Assembly: GCA_010909165.1 (NCBI GenBank) | Contig: MU008188.1 | Coordinates: 372,001 to 436,000, forward strand | Direction: 5' to 3' | Source: Anthoceros angustus | Taxonomy: Eukaryota > Plantae > Anthocerotophyta | Length of the DNA stretch: 64,000 nucleotides | In this document: in pieces, positions 53,201 through 64,000 of the stretch | How positions within the stretch are numbered: position 1 is the first letter of the stretch | How the letters are laid out: each line of letters begins with the position of its first letter | Position numbers and translations under genes: made by a program | Notes under the pieces: generated by a model | Databases searched by the model: none | The model's input: only the letters and a program-made list of their open reading frames with translations | What the model was told of the DNA's origin: nothing

Positions 53201-55590
53201 CCGGACATGTATCGCTCGACGAGCGGTGAGCGCCTGCAGTGCTGTATGGCGATTTGGACGGGATCCCACTGCAGCAGATGGTGTGGGAGTGGAATGAAGA
53301 CTGGTGCACACTGCATGGACATGGAGAGCCTTAACCTCTCTGTAACACTTTTCATATGAGGTGCTGCCGCAGGAGGCACTGCTGGCAACGATCAAATGGC
53401 TGTACTGCAAGCGGGCATATGATGGAGCAGGAACGAGGGAGTGAGCATCCCCGCTGGTATGAATGAACCTATGGGTCAAGGGCCACCTGCATGGCCCCTC
53501 ACGACATGTGGGCTCCACTACTGCCCTTCATGGTGCACCTGTCTCTCCCCGGCCGCCTTGGCATGGGCATATCCTCGCAAAAGTTCTATCTTACCGTCGC
53601 AGTGTTGGAGGAAATTGAGACGCGTGTAAGACCTTCGTGTGATTCCCCTTCGGGCAGCACGCCATGAAATCAACGAACCTTTGAAGACCGAAACCCGATG
53701 CCAAAAGACCGTCAAAGAAGGGGCACAGATGTCTCAATTAATAATAGTACTATAGGCAAAAGTGAGAAGGGGGGCTAAATTTGATAAGGCCAAGGGAAAA
53801 TGGAAAGAAGTCCAACATTAGTAACAACACGGAAGGCAAGCATGAACCGAGGCATAAGTTCAAAATGTAGACATGAGACAGGGGTGAATAAACCACGAGG
53901 GAAGCGTAAAAATTTGGTCAAGTCAAAATCTGCTGGATATGATGAAACCTACAAATCAAACCGAAGGCCTCCTAAATCAAGTCCTAACAAAACCCTCGCC
54001 CACGATGCCTAAAGCACATGACCACTAACCCCAACTCTACGATCGCCCTCGATGATGTAGGGAGGTCGCTTCATCTCCTCACAAGACATATGGTCATGGC
54101 GCCCAATCTATAGAAGACGCTGAGATGAAATCCGAGGGGCGAGAAGGCCGAGGCACTGGGAGTCAAGCTCACGGAGGAAACTTGGCCATCCATGCTCAAG
54201 TCCTCCAGTGACTCGGGTATGGACCGCGAGCTTCAAGGTGGTATGATCTCCAATGGCCACCCAACAAAATGAGAATGCATGAAATAGTGCGCTGCCCAGC
54301 CGCTACCTGCAATATGAAGTCCGTGTCGCCAGCAACATACACGCTGCCTCAAAGAACTTCAAAGTCCAAGGGTAGTTCTGTGGCGATGAGGTCATTGTGG
54401 TCCTCCGATGCCTGCGATCAAGCTCCTCGTATTTACAAAGGATGCATTGGCTTCGGGGCTCATAAGAGACATAAAAGAACTCACCATATTAGGATGGGGT
54501 GAGCTCGGGGAGACTGGTGGAACCCTCCTCCATCGCCGCCCGCACATTGCGAGCTGCAGCCGCGGCATGTGATGGAGGAGGGCCGGCTCGCCATCCCGCC
54601 TAATGCACAGAGATACACCTGCAGGGTACTGCAACAGTACCATTTGAAGTCAAACATTTGGAAGAGAAGAAGCATCAAACAATTGAGCATCACACAAGTA
54701 CGAAGAAATGGGGATGCGTTAGGTTAGTGCTTGGTGAGGATGGGGATTGGAGCCTCGGTGAGCCCCGCCCGCTGGGCCCGCCTCACACACACCGCCATGG
54801 CCCGCTGCCCGCGACCGCCGCCGCCGCTGCCACCGCCCCCCGCCTGCCGCCCTGCTCCCCGCACCGCCGCCCGCGGCCCGCCCGCCCCGCCCCGCCGCTT
54901 CCTTCACCCGCCCGCCCGCCTCGCCGACTGCAGCCTGCCCGGCCCGTCGCCGGCGATTGAAGGCCCACCCGCCGCGCCCGCCCTCGCCCCTCGCCCGCCT
55001 CGCCCCAGGCCCGCATGCCAGCCACTGCCGCCTGCTTGCCTCTCCCCACCGGCCCCGCCCGCCCGCTCGCGCCCGACTAAGCCGAACGCCGCTGCGGCCG
55101 CGTGGAGGCGCTGGCGCTCGCGCCGCACCGCCCGCTGAGGCGCCGTCACGCGCACGTCAGCTCGGACTCTTGCCTGCACTGCCGCCGCCCGCCCGCACCG
55201 CCCGCCTTCGCCCCGCGGCCCCGCCGTCTCACTCCTGCCGCCCAACCACCGCCTTGCGGCGCAGCGCCCCGCCAAATCGGTGTTTCGCCGCCCCTAAACT
55301 ATGCCGCCCTCTCTTAGGACATGAACCCTAAACGCGGGTGGCGCCTATACCACCTAGCGCACTTTAAAGCTGGAACGCTATGCGTCGGAAAAAAAACTCT
55401 CTTGACGCAGGCGCGAGAAAAACACAAGAGCAAAACCCTAAAGTTCCTTTCTCGTCTTCCAGGTGACCATGGCGGCAGCTGGTCGCCCTTTGGCTACCCC
55501 ATTTTGGTCAAGTTACAAACCGTATACCAAAAGTTTTATGGAAGAAAAAAATGTACATCCCTCTGTCTCTTGGTATATGCCATAAAGGTT
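44211..55590. mobile_element. GC-rich, error-rich degenerate transposon-like block, family unresolved; internal ~2.1-kb and ~1-kb duplications
   Basis: Interrupts the copia RT and has no convincing host gene. 44.5-46.5 kb repeats at 46.6-48.5 kb, and 51.1-52.1 kb at 52.1-53.1 kb. Ends in a TIR-like motif also found at 61555-61598. Confidence 0.45.
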
Positions 55591-56178
55591 TTGTATGCGG
55601 CCCACAGTTGGTTGTTTATTTTGTAATTATTTTTTGTATTGATGAAGAGTTTACTACTTATACTAAAAAAGTTTTTGTATTTATGTAATCTATAAAGAAA
55701 GAAGTCATAGGAAGACAATATCTTATTTAAATATTACAGATCTGTATACCTTCAGTAGGAAATATGTCCGGCAATACTAAGATGTGAGGTGTAGTCAGAG
55801 ACAAGTGGTGGAGCACTAAAAAGGGTTAAGTACCCTATGTGTAGATAGCCACAAAAGTGATACCTGTTAGAGATTCAAGAATACACTACTCCAGGAGTGA
55901 AGGCCAAGGGCTAGGTAGACAGAAGGCCAATAGCCTACCAGGCCAGGTGAATAAGCTCACTACCAAGTTTATAAGGCAGACTTTGTAGTGCTTATGATAC
56001 ATAAAGCTAGATAGCTTGTAGATAACTATGCTAGTGTTTGTAGGTGTCATGTATATTCCCTTGGTGCAGTAATATAAGAATACCCTTATTGTAGGGACAT
56101 CTTGGTATTGTAACAGTGCGCCACTAAAGAATGTTAAGTACCCTATGTATAGTGTAACCAATGGCTATAGTATCATCG

Positions 56179-56270
56179 GGAACTCATTCTAGGTCACTAG
56201 GAACTCGATAGTCACTAGGAACTCGATAGTCCGACCATAGCCTAGTGAACTCGATAGTCCGACCATAGTA
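56179..56270. repeat. Short tandem repeats of GAACTCGATAGTC(CGACCATAG)
   Basis: Three to four imperfect copies are visible. Confidence 0.75.
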
Positions 56271-56588
56271 TCACAGGTTTAGTCATAGAAGTGGTGCATT
56301 CATAGTTTTGCAAGGTGTGGCTATAAGAACTCATTCCATGATATATGCGACCACATAACTTAGTCTCTACGGAAATGACTCTTAAAGGTGTCAATGAATG
56401 TGAGTCTGAATACATTAGAATTTGTTCCAGCCAAATTGAATGCGGCTCTTAAAGCACTATGCTAGTTTCCATATGATTAGTTGATGTTGTCCCAACGTAT
56501 ATTTGCTTAGTTTAACTTACAAGCAGTGCATACCAAAATTGAAAGATGACAACACACTATAAAAAGATGCTTTAAAGGGATCCTTTTT

Positions 56589-56845
56589 AAGAAGAAGAAG
56601 AAGAAGAATTTTATTTTAAGAAGAAGAAGTCCACTAAGGACGGATTTTCGTCATGGGACTTGGTACTTAACAACTTATACCATGGTGTGCCTAAGCTACT
56701 TGCACCAAGGGCATCCACTCCCTTTAGGCACCCCATATAATGGATGCTCTTTAGGCACCCCATATAAGACCGATCTAAACGCAGGATGCTTAATCACGTT
56801 CTTATAAATGTGTGTCCATTTGGCCTAAGCCATTTGGACACACAT
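56589..56845 (-). mobile_element. Copy of the structured ~200-bp element with (TTC)n/AATAAA/(TTC)n tail
   Basis: Homologous to 37357-37552 and ends at the ATGTGTGTCCA...TGGACACACAT hairpin. Confidence 0.7.
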
Positions 56846-56929
56846 TAAGGCCGGTAAGAGACACGTGGATGATGTGTAGTTGGTGAATAAGTGAGTTCGT
56901 CAACGTTCTCTAATGTTTGGTATATCATG

Positions 56930-57090
56930 GACCAATCGGATCCTCTAAGTTTTGGAATCCTCTAATGTTGGGTGTTCACGGACAAGTCGGATCCTTTAAG
57001 TTTTGGAATCCTCTATTGTTGGTTGTTCACGGACAAGTCGGATCCTTTAATTTTATTGATTCACAGACCAATTAGATCCTCTAATTTTTG
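56930..57090. repeat. Imperfect ~40-50-bp tandem repeats (GGATCCT(C/T)TAA..TTTTGGAATCCTCT..GTTCACGGACAAGTC)
   Basis: Directly visible. Confidence 0.75.
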
Positions 57091-57629
57091 ATAATTCACA
57101 AAGCAGTTAGATCTCCCAACTCCCAACCAAAATATTCAACAAACACTGGCACTGAAGCATGTACTCATCGAGGATGATAAATTTAAAATTATGTGCTGAT
57201 AAAAATCATTTGATTATTTAGTATAAAAATAAATAAGAATTATAGAAATTAAAGTATAAAATAAAATTTATTATAAAATTTACTTTAATAATAAATTTTG
57301 TAATGATTCAGTTTAGAATTAATTCGTCCAATAGTCAGGCTTGAATTTGCTACATCGTTCCAGCCCCTGGCTAAAATAAAATTCTTCTTCTTCTTCTTCT
57401 TCTTCTTGCTAAAGCGCCTACCGGTAGGGCATGCGCATCGCAGAGCTAGAGACAACATGTCGAAGGTGAAAGACAGCGTATCTTTCACCTTCGACACGAT
57501 GACTACCCTAGCGACCCACCTCGGTTGGGAGTGCGCCTGGCCGCGATCTCGCCGAAGTCAAGATCACCCATACCAGCACTGCTGCGTCAGGCTCGGAGCG
57601 AATCGCGGTCTTTAAAGAGTTCTTGCACT

Positions 57630-57769
57630 TACCTCTCGGCCCGGATGCTATGAGCACTCGATCTCTTTGGTCGCATTGTCTCCGGTTTCTTCCATGCCAG
57701 TCGAGCGGGTCCTGCTTTTGCCGCTTCTTCTGTTGCTCGCACCGTCACGCGCATTGCAGCAAGATGGCC
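57630..57769 (-). pseudogene. 3' continuation of the ankyrin-repeat fragment, inverted
   Basis: After CTAAG the minus strand reads GHLAAMRV, completing GHTPLHFGAAK-GHLAAMRV. Confidence 0.65.
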
Positions 57770-57774
57770 CTTAG

Positions 57775-58496
57775 TAAAGAAGTGGGAGCATCCGCATGAT
57801 GCTCGCAGTATCACAGCCGAGGGAGAAGAACGTAGCAATCCGAGGAGGCGTTATGTGTGTGTGTTTACGTATGGTTCTTAAGTAGTCCTGATGGTAACCG
57901 CTAAATCGATTGCGAACTACCTAAACTGCTACTGATGACGTGTGGTAAGGAGCGGTTACTAAACATGTAACTCCCAATACTCCCACTTAGTGAGCATCTA
58001 GTACATGAATGTACTATTAGCTAGTAGTGGTTGGCCCTTGAAAACCTCAAGCATAAGAGGTTTAATTCCACACGCTTGGTTTAATACCACATGCGTGCAG
58101 AGACACGAGTCTGCTTTATCGCACATGTTAAGGAAAACGTGAAAGCGTCTTGAACTTGCGCTCCTCAACACCTCCGCTCCTATAAAGTAACCATTTTGTT
58201 CAGAGCCATGTCTAGTCTTTATCATCATGGAGAAATGCCTTACGCCGAGTTGGTGAGCGTGAGCTTAAAGTGGGCCGCAAGTGCTAGGAGGATTCTTACA
58301 GGTATGGACTTACCATGGAGCAAAGTCTCATTGAAATCTAAGCGGCACTTGGTCAGAATTTAGTAACTAGCCTAGCTTTGTATCGACCCTCTCGCGCCAT
58401 CTCAGATTCGGTTTCTTTTTAAAAACCCATTTGCAATCTATAGGCTTACGACCAGCTGGGAGGTTTACAAGACTCCATGTTTTATTTTCTATCGGA
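57775..58496 (-). mobile_element. Inverted 3' part of the copia element: RT remnant, PPT (AAGTGGGAG) and 3' LTR at 57775-57979
   Basis: Minus-strand IENKTWSLVNLPAGRKPIDCKWVF..YKARLV..DFNET..VRILLALAAHFKL. LTR homology to 40746-40941. CTAAG follows the LTR. Confidence 0.85.
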
Positions 58497-61400
58497 CCAC
58501 CTTGGAGACAATTTGCTGGTGTTCCTCCACGACCTCTAGAAAGGGAAACGCGCCGACTGGGGCAGAATAATTTTCGCCCGGATCAACCAGGAGGCTTGCA
58601 AGCTGAGGTGCGAGAAGCCACCTCCGTCGGCGTTATCGCCGTTCTTGATCCATTTGTGGGGGCACGCGAACCTCCTGAAGGAGGGCGAGGAGGAACGAGC
58701 ACTGAGTACGCTGGCCCACTGAGGGAAGGGAGAGTGCAGGAGGCGGAGGTCGGCCCATCGAGCAAGAGGATCCGGAGGAGGGCCGGGAGGATTCCGGACT
58801 CCATACGTCTGAGCGGACCCCTCGCCACCTAGAAGTGTGGGAGGACATCTCGCTTCCTCCTCGGTGCCCCAGGGAGGCCATAGAAGAGGCGGCCACAGAC
58901 GGAGTTAGGCGGTTCGGCAGTGTCACAACCAACAACGATAGCCGAGCCCGCCGGACTCAAGTGAATCAAAGAGGCTAAGACGGCGCCTACCAACGCAGCA
59001 CCTGTGACCCGCGCCTGTGCTCGCCTCGCCAACGAAATGGCAAGAAGCGGAGGAGGCAAGATGAAGGGGCGGAAAGGGACGCCGTCAAGGAGCGGAGGCC
59101 AGCAGCACCCGAGCCTGCCCTGCCCCCAGGGAGAGGGGGGCTGGCCCCGACCCCTTCACCACCTCCGAGCCCTGGAGGAGAAGGCGGAGAAGGAGTTAGC
59201 GCCAAGAGGGCCAAGGAAGGCGAGGCTCGGACACGACTCGTGACCCGAGGGTCCCCGACAGGTCCGAGAACCCAGTCCGGACTCGCTCCATATCTGAAGA
59301 TGGCGGTCCTCGACGACCAGAGATGCCCGCGCCACAGCACTTCGGGCATCTCCCAGCCGCGGCCGTGGAAGAAGCTGGCGAGTTTAGCTACCGTCATGGA
59401 CGGTATGCTTTGGGGTCTGGAGCAGGGAGAAGACCCAAGAAGTGGAGGCCACCGCGGAGGATGGTGGAACTTCAAGGCGTAGAGGCGCCTGTGAGGCGAA
59501 GAAGGCGAGTCCTCGCCCGAATCGAGGAGGGAAAACGGAGGGAGCGAGAGGTCGACGGCCAAGATCGACTAAGATCCTTCACCGTGAATAACAAGCGGCG
59601 CAGGAGGCCCAAGCATGGGTCAAGACCGCAAACGGAGGGAGGAAGCGGTATGAGGCGAGGAAGGTCGAGGCGCGGAGAACGCCGCGACTGCCGAGGCGGC
59701 TCGGCTAGACCAACACCAAGCCGCCGAGGCTCGTGGCGGGCGAGAGGCGAAGCAAGGTCACGGATCACTACCGACGTGATCCGAACCGGTGGAGGGAGAC
59801 TGGGGTAGCCACGGCTAACCTCAAGGCCGAACAGTGGCTGAGCAAGCTCCGAGCCGTGAAGGAGAAATGGAGGCCGACCCGAAATGGGGACCTCCTGCAC
59901 ACCGCAGGAAGTGAGGAGCGGCGACAAGAGTTGGAAGGCGAAGGACACTGAGTCGCAACTCCAAGACACGCTCTGAGTAACACGGGATTCTCCACGGAGA
60001 ATCCAAGACTTCAGCAGAGATCGAGGCCCCCGCTGAGGACGGAGGAGAGGCCATGATCCAAGGAGTTGGACGCCGCTAGGTCAAGAAGGAGCTGAGGAAG
60101 CTGAGCAAGTGAGATACCGCCCGCCTGGAGAAGGAAGGCGGACCTCCTGCAAAGATGGACCTGAGGCGAGGCTCGAGGAGGAGCAGGCGCTGTCCGATTA
60201 AGGCGTAGAGGGGAGCAAAGCTCCATGGCCAAGAACCGGTAGAGCTACAAGGGAGCCACAAAGGTCTGCATCGGGATCAAGGGAGCCACCAACCACCAGC
60301 CGAGAACCATCTCCTAGAGGGCCACTGCATAAGGCCCACCAAAGAAGACAAGAGGATGGGGAGGAGGACTTAGTGGTGACCGCTGTCGTGCCGCCACGCT
60401 CGGCCGGGAGTCTCGGGAGGAGTGAGGCCCCGCCTCGCAGATCATCCGATTAGGGGCGCCCCGCGTTGTCGTGCTGAGGCTTGGGCCGCCAGCCGGTAGG
60501 CGGAACCAGAGCAATCCTATTGCCAAGGCATAGGCGGAATAAGGGAGATAGTAGGCGGCCCGAAAGATGGGCCATCGGCTGAATAGGAGTGTAATAAAAG
60601 GCAGCCACCTTCGTAGTATAAGAAATTGAGGGCCGCCAGTAAAGTATCTTTCTCTTGGTGTTGATGCTTCTTGGCAGCCCTTGTGCGTCTTCTTGCTAAC
60701 GTGAGTCCCGAGGTCAACTGGCGGCCCCGGGAGGAGGACAAGGTCATGGTGACGGACCCCAACGGTGGTGGTGTGTGCAAGGAAGAGCGATCGGGGACCC
60801 TTGCTGCCCCGGCGGCCAGCGTCAGACCGGCGGGCGTGTGAGCGGAGGAACTCGGGAGGCGTGTAGAGCCGAGGGAGAGACCTGGCAGAAGCGGCGGAGG
60901 AGGTCCGGACCGCACCACCGCGTTTTCACCAAGGACGATGAGTGTAGTGAGGTGGTGAGGAGTGGACCAAAGGAACAGGTGGACGAACTTGAATGATACG
61001 GATCTGACGAGTCCCAGCTTAGCCACCAACACGTTAGGTGAACGTTACTGGTGGTTAGTAGTAAAACGATGAATGTGTGTGTTGAGTCTGAAATGGGCAC
61101 CGGGTGAGGTGAGAAACGATTGGAACGCGGAAGCCAGACTATCATTCTCTTGGGAGCGGACCTACTACGACAGGATTGTGCGGCCGGGCGTCATCGGCGC
61201 CCACGTAAAACCCATGCCAGCTGAGTAGGGTTTTGTCAAGCGGATGGAGGCGGCTGACGAGTTAGGGTTGGTGACCGTTGGATGCCATCAGGAAAACTTA
61301 ATGGCACAAGGTAGTGCGGCATTCGAAAACATAGTGTCCCGTCAACATAGTGTCCCGTCTCTTTGTTTTCAAAGGTGAAAGCTTGAAAATTTTCAAGGAC

Positions 61401-61598
61401 ACCCATTTTAGGGGACATAGTGTGTCCCTTTGGTGCTCATTTTGGTTAGGGGCGCCAAAGCGCCATGTGACCATGTGCCGTGAAAAAAGAAACCGTACTG
61501 GAATCTAGGGTATATTCCTCAAGATCCCTACGCCTTATATGGGTTTCGCGAAAAAAAAAATGTCCCATCCCCTCCGTCCCCTTTGGTATGCCATAAAC
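58497..61598. mobile_element. GC-rich degenerate transposon-like block ending in a Mutator-type TIR-like sequence
   Basis: The terminus read on the minus strand is GGTTTATGGCATACCAAAGGGGACGGAGGGGATGGGACATTTTTTTT, with subterminal GGGACA/TGTCCC repeats. A related motif lies at 55545-55586. Confidence 0.45.
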
Positions 61599-62381
61599 CT
61601 TCACTTAAGAAGAAGAAAACAAGTTATTGAAAGTCTAAAAAACAATTTTGCCGATGAAAATTATTAAGCAACTTGCTATGTTAAGCATCAGCAAATATCA
61701 AGTTAAATTTTTTTCTAGCAAATGAACTGATTTTCGCTTGAACAAGATGCTGGGTTTTGTAAGGTACTACCCAGGTACTAATTCTATTAATTAGTTCCTC
61801 TCAAATAACTTCAAGTACGAGTTGGGCAAAACCATACTAGGGACGCCTGCCACGAGGATACAAACATGTTTTGGGGATGAGAGGGGTTGGGTTTGACGGA
61901 GGAGCAGGATGCAGGCGTCGAGTGCGCCGGGCTCGCTAGTCGGTTGCTGTCATCCATGGTTCACTGGTACGACATTCTGGAAGCAGGTTGTAGGATTTTC
62001 CTGAAGAAGGGAGCTATCGCATAACCATTCATTGACAGGAGACGAGAGCAGACAGTTGAGGGCAAGCTGGGCATCGACTAAGGTCTGCCGCCTTTTTGGC
62101 ATCGACAGGAGGAGTGAGAGTCCGGGAGATCAATCTTGTGGAGCGGACTGCGGTATGGCTGTGGCCGGGATGCCATGCTACAGGGCTTGTAGGAAACCCT
62201 AGCTTTGCGCTCTGTCTGCCATCGCAATCGCTCTTGGGCCGGAGGGCATTCTGCTGCCATTTCTCGGGTGCCGGGTCTGGCTATAACTATATATGGTGAG
62301 CCGGGGCAGCCGCCACCATAGCCCGGTTGGTGCCGCCCGCTACCGTTAGGTCGCGCTTCTCTGCACCGGCCGTTTCCTACG

Positions 62382-64000
62382 ATGTCTCACTCTGCTCAAG
62401 GTTATATGGCCCGTCCCATGCTCGGGCCTTCACCACCGGCGGCCAGCAGCATGCCTCTCACAAGACCGGTTAACGATGGAGTTCGCTCTCATCCTCCTGT
62501 TCTGCAGCCTCCCTCTGGAATGACTGTGCCCGAGCTTGCTGCTAAAGGTGTCCCACGTTACCCGTCGCCGGCTTTTCCGACAATGCCTCCTCCTGCTCCA
62601 GGATACCTGCCACGTCCTATGCTCGGGCCTTCACCGTCGCCGACCAGCAGCATGCCACTGCCAAGGCCACTTGGGAACGGCCTTCGACCTCATCCTCCTG
62701 TTCTCAAACCACCTCCTGGAATCATACTCTCGGATCTTGCTGCCAAGGGCGTGGGTCAGCTTGTCGCCCCACCTGAAAAGCCTCACACTACAGTTTACGT
62801 GGGGAAAATTTCTACAACCGTAGAGGATGACGTCTTAAGGTCCATTCTGGAGGTGAGGCTGCAAATTTATGCGTCACGGCTGTGATGAAGGAATCCATCA
62901 CTCCACCAGCTAAGGTCTTCGTCGTCCCTTGTTTCAAGTTCTGCCTTTTTGGTATAAGTTCTCACTCATTCCCTTGGTGAGCAGCTGTGTGGTCCTATCA
63001 AAAGCTGGAAAAGGGCGCAGGATCCCACCACTGGGTTGCCGAAGGGATTTGGCTTTTGCGAATTTGAATCTGCTGAAGGTGTTCTGAGAGCTTTGAGGCT
63101 CCTGAACAAGTTCGCCCTCGATGGGCAGGAGCTTGTGGTATGTCTTTCACCCTTGTGATGAATAAGAACTGTCTGCATGTTTTGCCACAGCCAGACAGAC
63201 AGGCAGATTAGGGCAGGGATGCCACGACCTTCTGCTATCTTTTCATGAAACTGAATGACTGTTGTTACTTGTTCTGCAGTTGAATGTGAATCAAGCTACT
63301 CGTGAATATCTCGAGCGATATGTGGCCAGAAGGAAAGAAAGGGAGAGAATTCTCAAAGAGGAAGCTATCGCTGAGATCAAGGAGGAGGCTGCACCTGGTG
63401 TAGAGGTTGTGGACCATCCAGCCTATCCGCTTCTTGTGGCAAAGTTAGATGGAGCAGAGGATGATGCAAAAAAATTTGGACTTGTTACCGAGTTGGATGT
63501 GGAATCAGATAATTCGGCTGTGCAACTGCTTACTGCATTGCTGCAAGAAAGGTGGGTCCAGCTAGAGAAGTGAAATTTGTTCTTCTGGATGGCAACTTGT
63601 ACTTGGTTATCCACTGCACCTTTAGCAATGTGGTACTGACACTTAAGTTGCAGGGCAAAATTGATGCCACAGCCTCCTCCACCCAGTGCATCTCTAGATG
63701 CCTCAGGCAAGGGGACCTCGAACGCTGATACCATATTGAAGCCAAAGGAGGGTGATGCAAATCTGGACGGAAGTAAGAAAGCTGAAAGATCAGTTATTTG
63801 TTGCCAGTATGCTGGGATTCACAGTCTTGTTTGTTATTATGTTTGCAAATGGCTGTGGCTTTGTGATTGTAGATGATTCTTCTGCAAAGCTTGATGAGGA
63901 AGCAACGACTGACCACAAGGGACCAGCAGAAGTAGAAAGACCTGATGGTGGTCCTGCTGCTGAGCGGGGCAGGCGGAGTGAGAGAGACAAGGAAAGAGAT
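62382..64000 (+). CDS. RBM25: RNA-binding protein 25 (RRM splicing factor), 5' part; continues past the right edge
   Basis: Pro-rich N-terminus, then EKPHTTVYVGKISTTVEDD, LCGPIKSWKRAQDPTTGLPKGFGFCEFESAEGVLRALRLL, LNVNQATREYLERYV. The start may be further upstream. Confidence 0.9.

Noticed and set aside
44211-55330. Numerous 100-300 aa ORFs as host genes
   Set aside because: They are Arg/Pro/Gly-rich translations typical of GC-rich, error-prone repeat DNA, and frames are not conserved between duplicated copies.
57775-57990. Solo LTR flanked by CTTAG direct repeats, or a snoRNA/hammerhead because of CTGATGA at ~57932
   Set aside because: The sequence is the copia 3' LTR. The second CTTAG abuts the PPT and RT remnants continue beyond it. 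No GAAA core or stems fit a hammerhead.

Overview
Eukaryotic land-plant nuclear DNA. Compact gene spacing, introns of about 80-110 bp and the plant orthologues suggest a non-seed plant such as a hornwort; this is inference. The first 34 kb is gene-dense: a multi-repeat fascin-like beta-trefoil gene running off the left edge, RHL1, phytanoyl-CoA dioxygenase, TIC20, an ORP4-type oxysterol-binding protein, a ~10.5 kb unannotated-looking gene (TFIIS-N-like segment, LRRK2-type ARM repeats, ankyrin repeats, PAM2 motif, C3HC4 RING), TBCCD1, an ELO/HOS3-like elongase, a CYP72-clan P450 and the CDKAL1-type tRNA methylthiotransferase. 31.6-48.5 kb carries serial 1.3-2.1 kb tandem duplications with error-rich copies, probably long-read assembly stutter. 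34.5-61.6 kb is a transposon island. It holds structured non-LTR-type 3' ends with (TTC)n or (GTT)n tails and a tRNA-Asp fragment turned into a perfect palindrome. It also holds a Ty1/copia element with TA...TA LTR ends that inserted into an ankyrin-repeat sequence (TSD CTAAG); its 3' half now lies inverted about 14 kb away, beyond GC-rich degenerate transposon-like DNA. An RBM25 gene starts near 62 kb and runs off the right edge. The best candidates for new biology are the giant ARM-ANK-PAM2-RING protein and the fascin-repeat/F-box-like gene. All domain calls are by eye; no database search was run.
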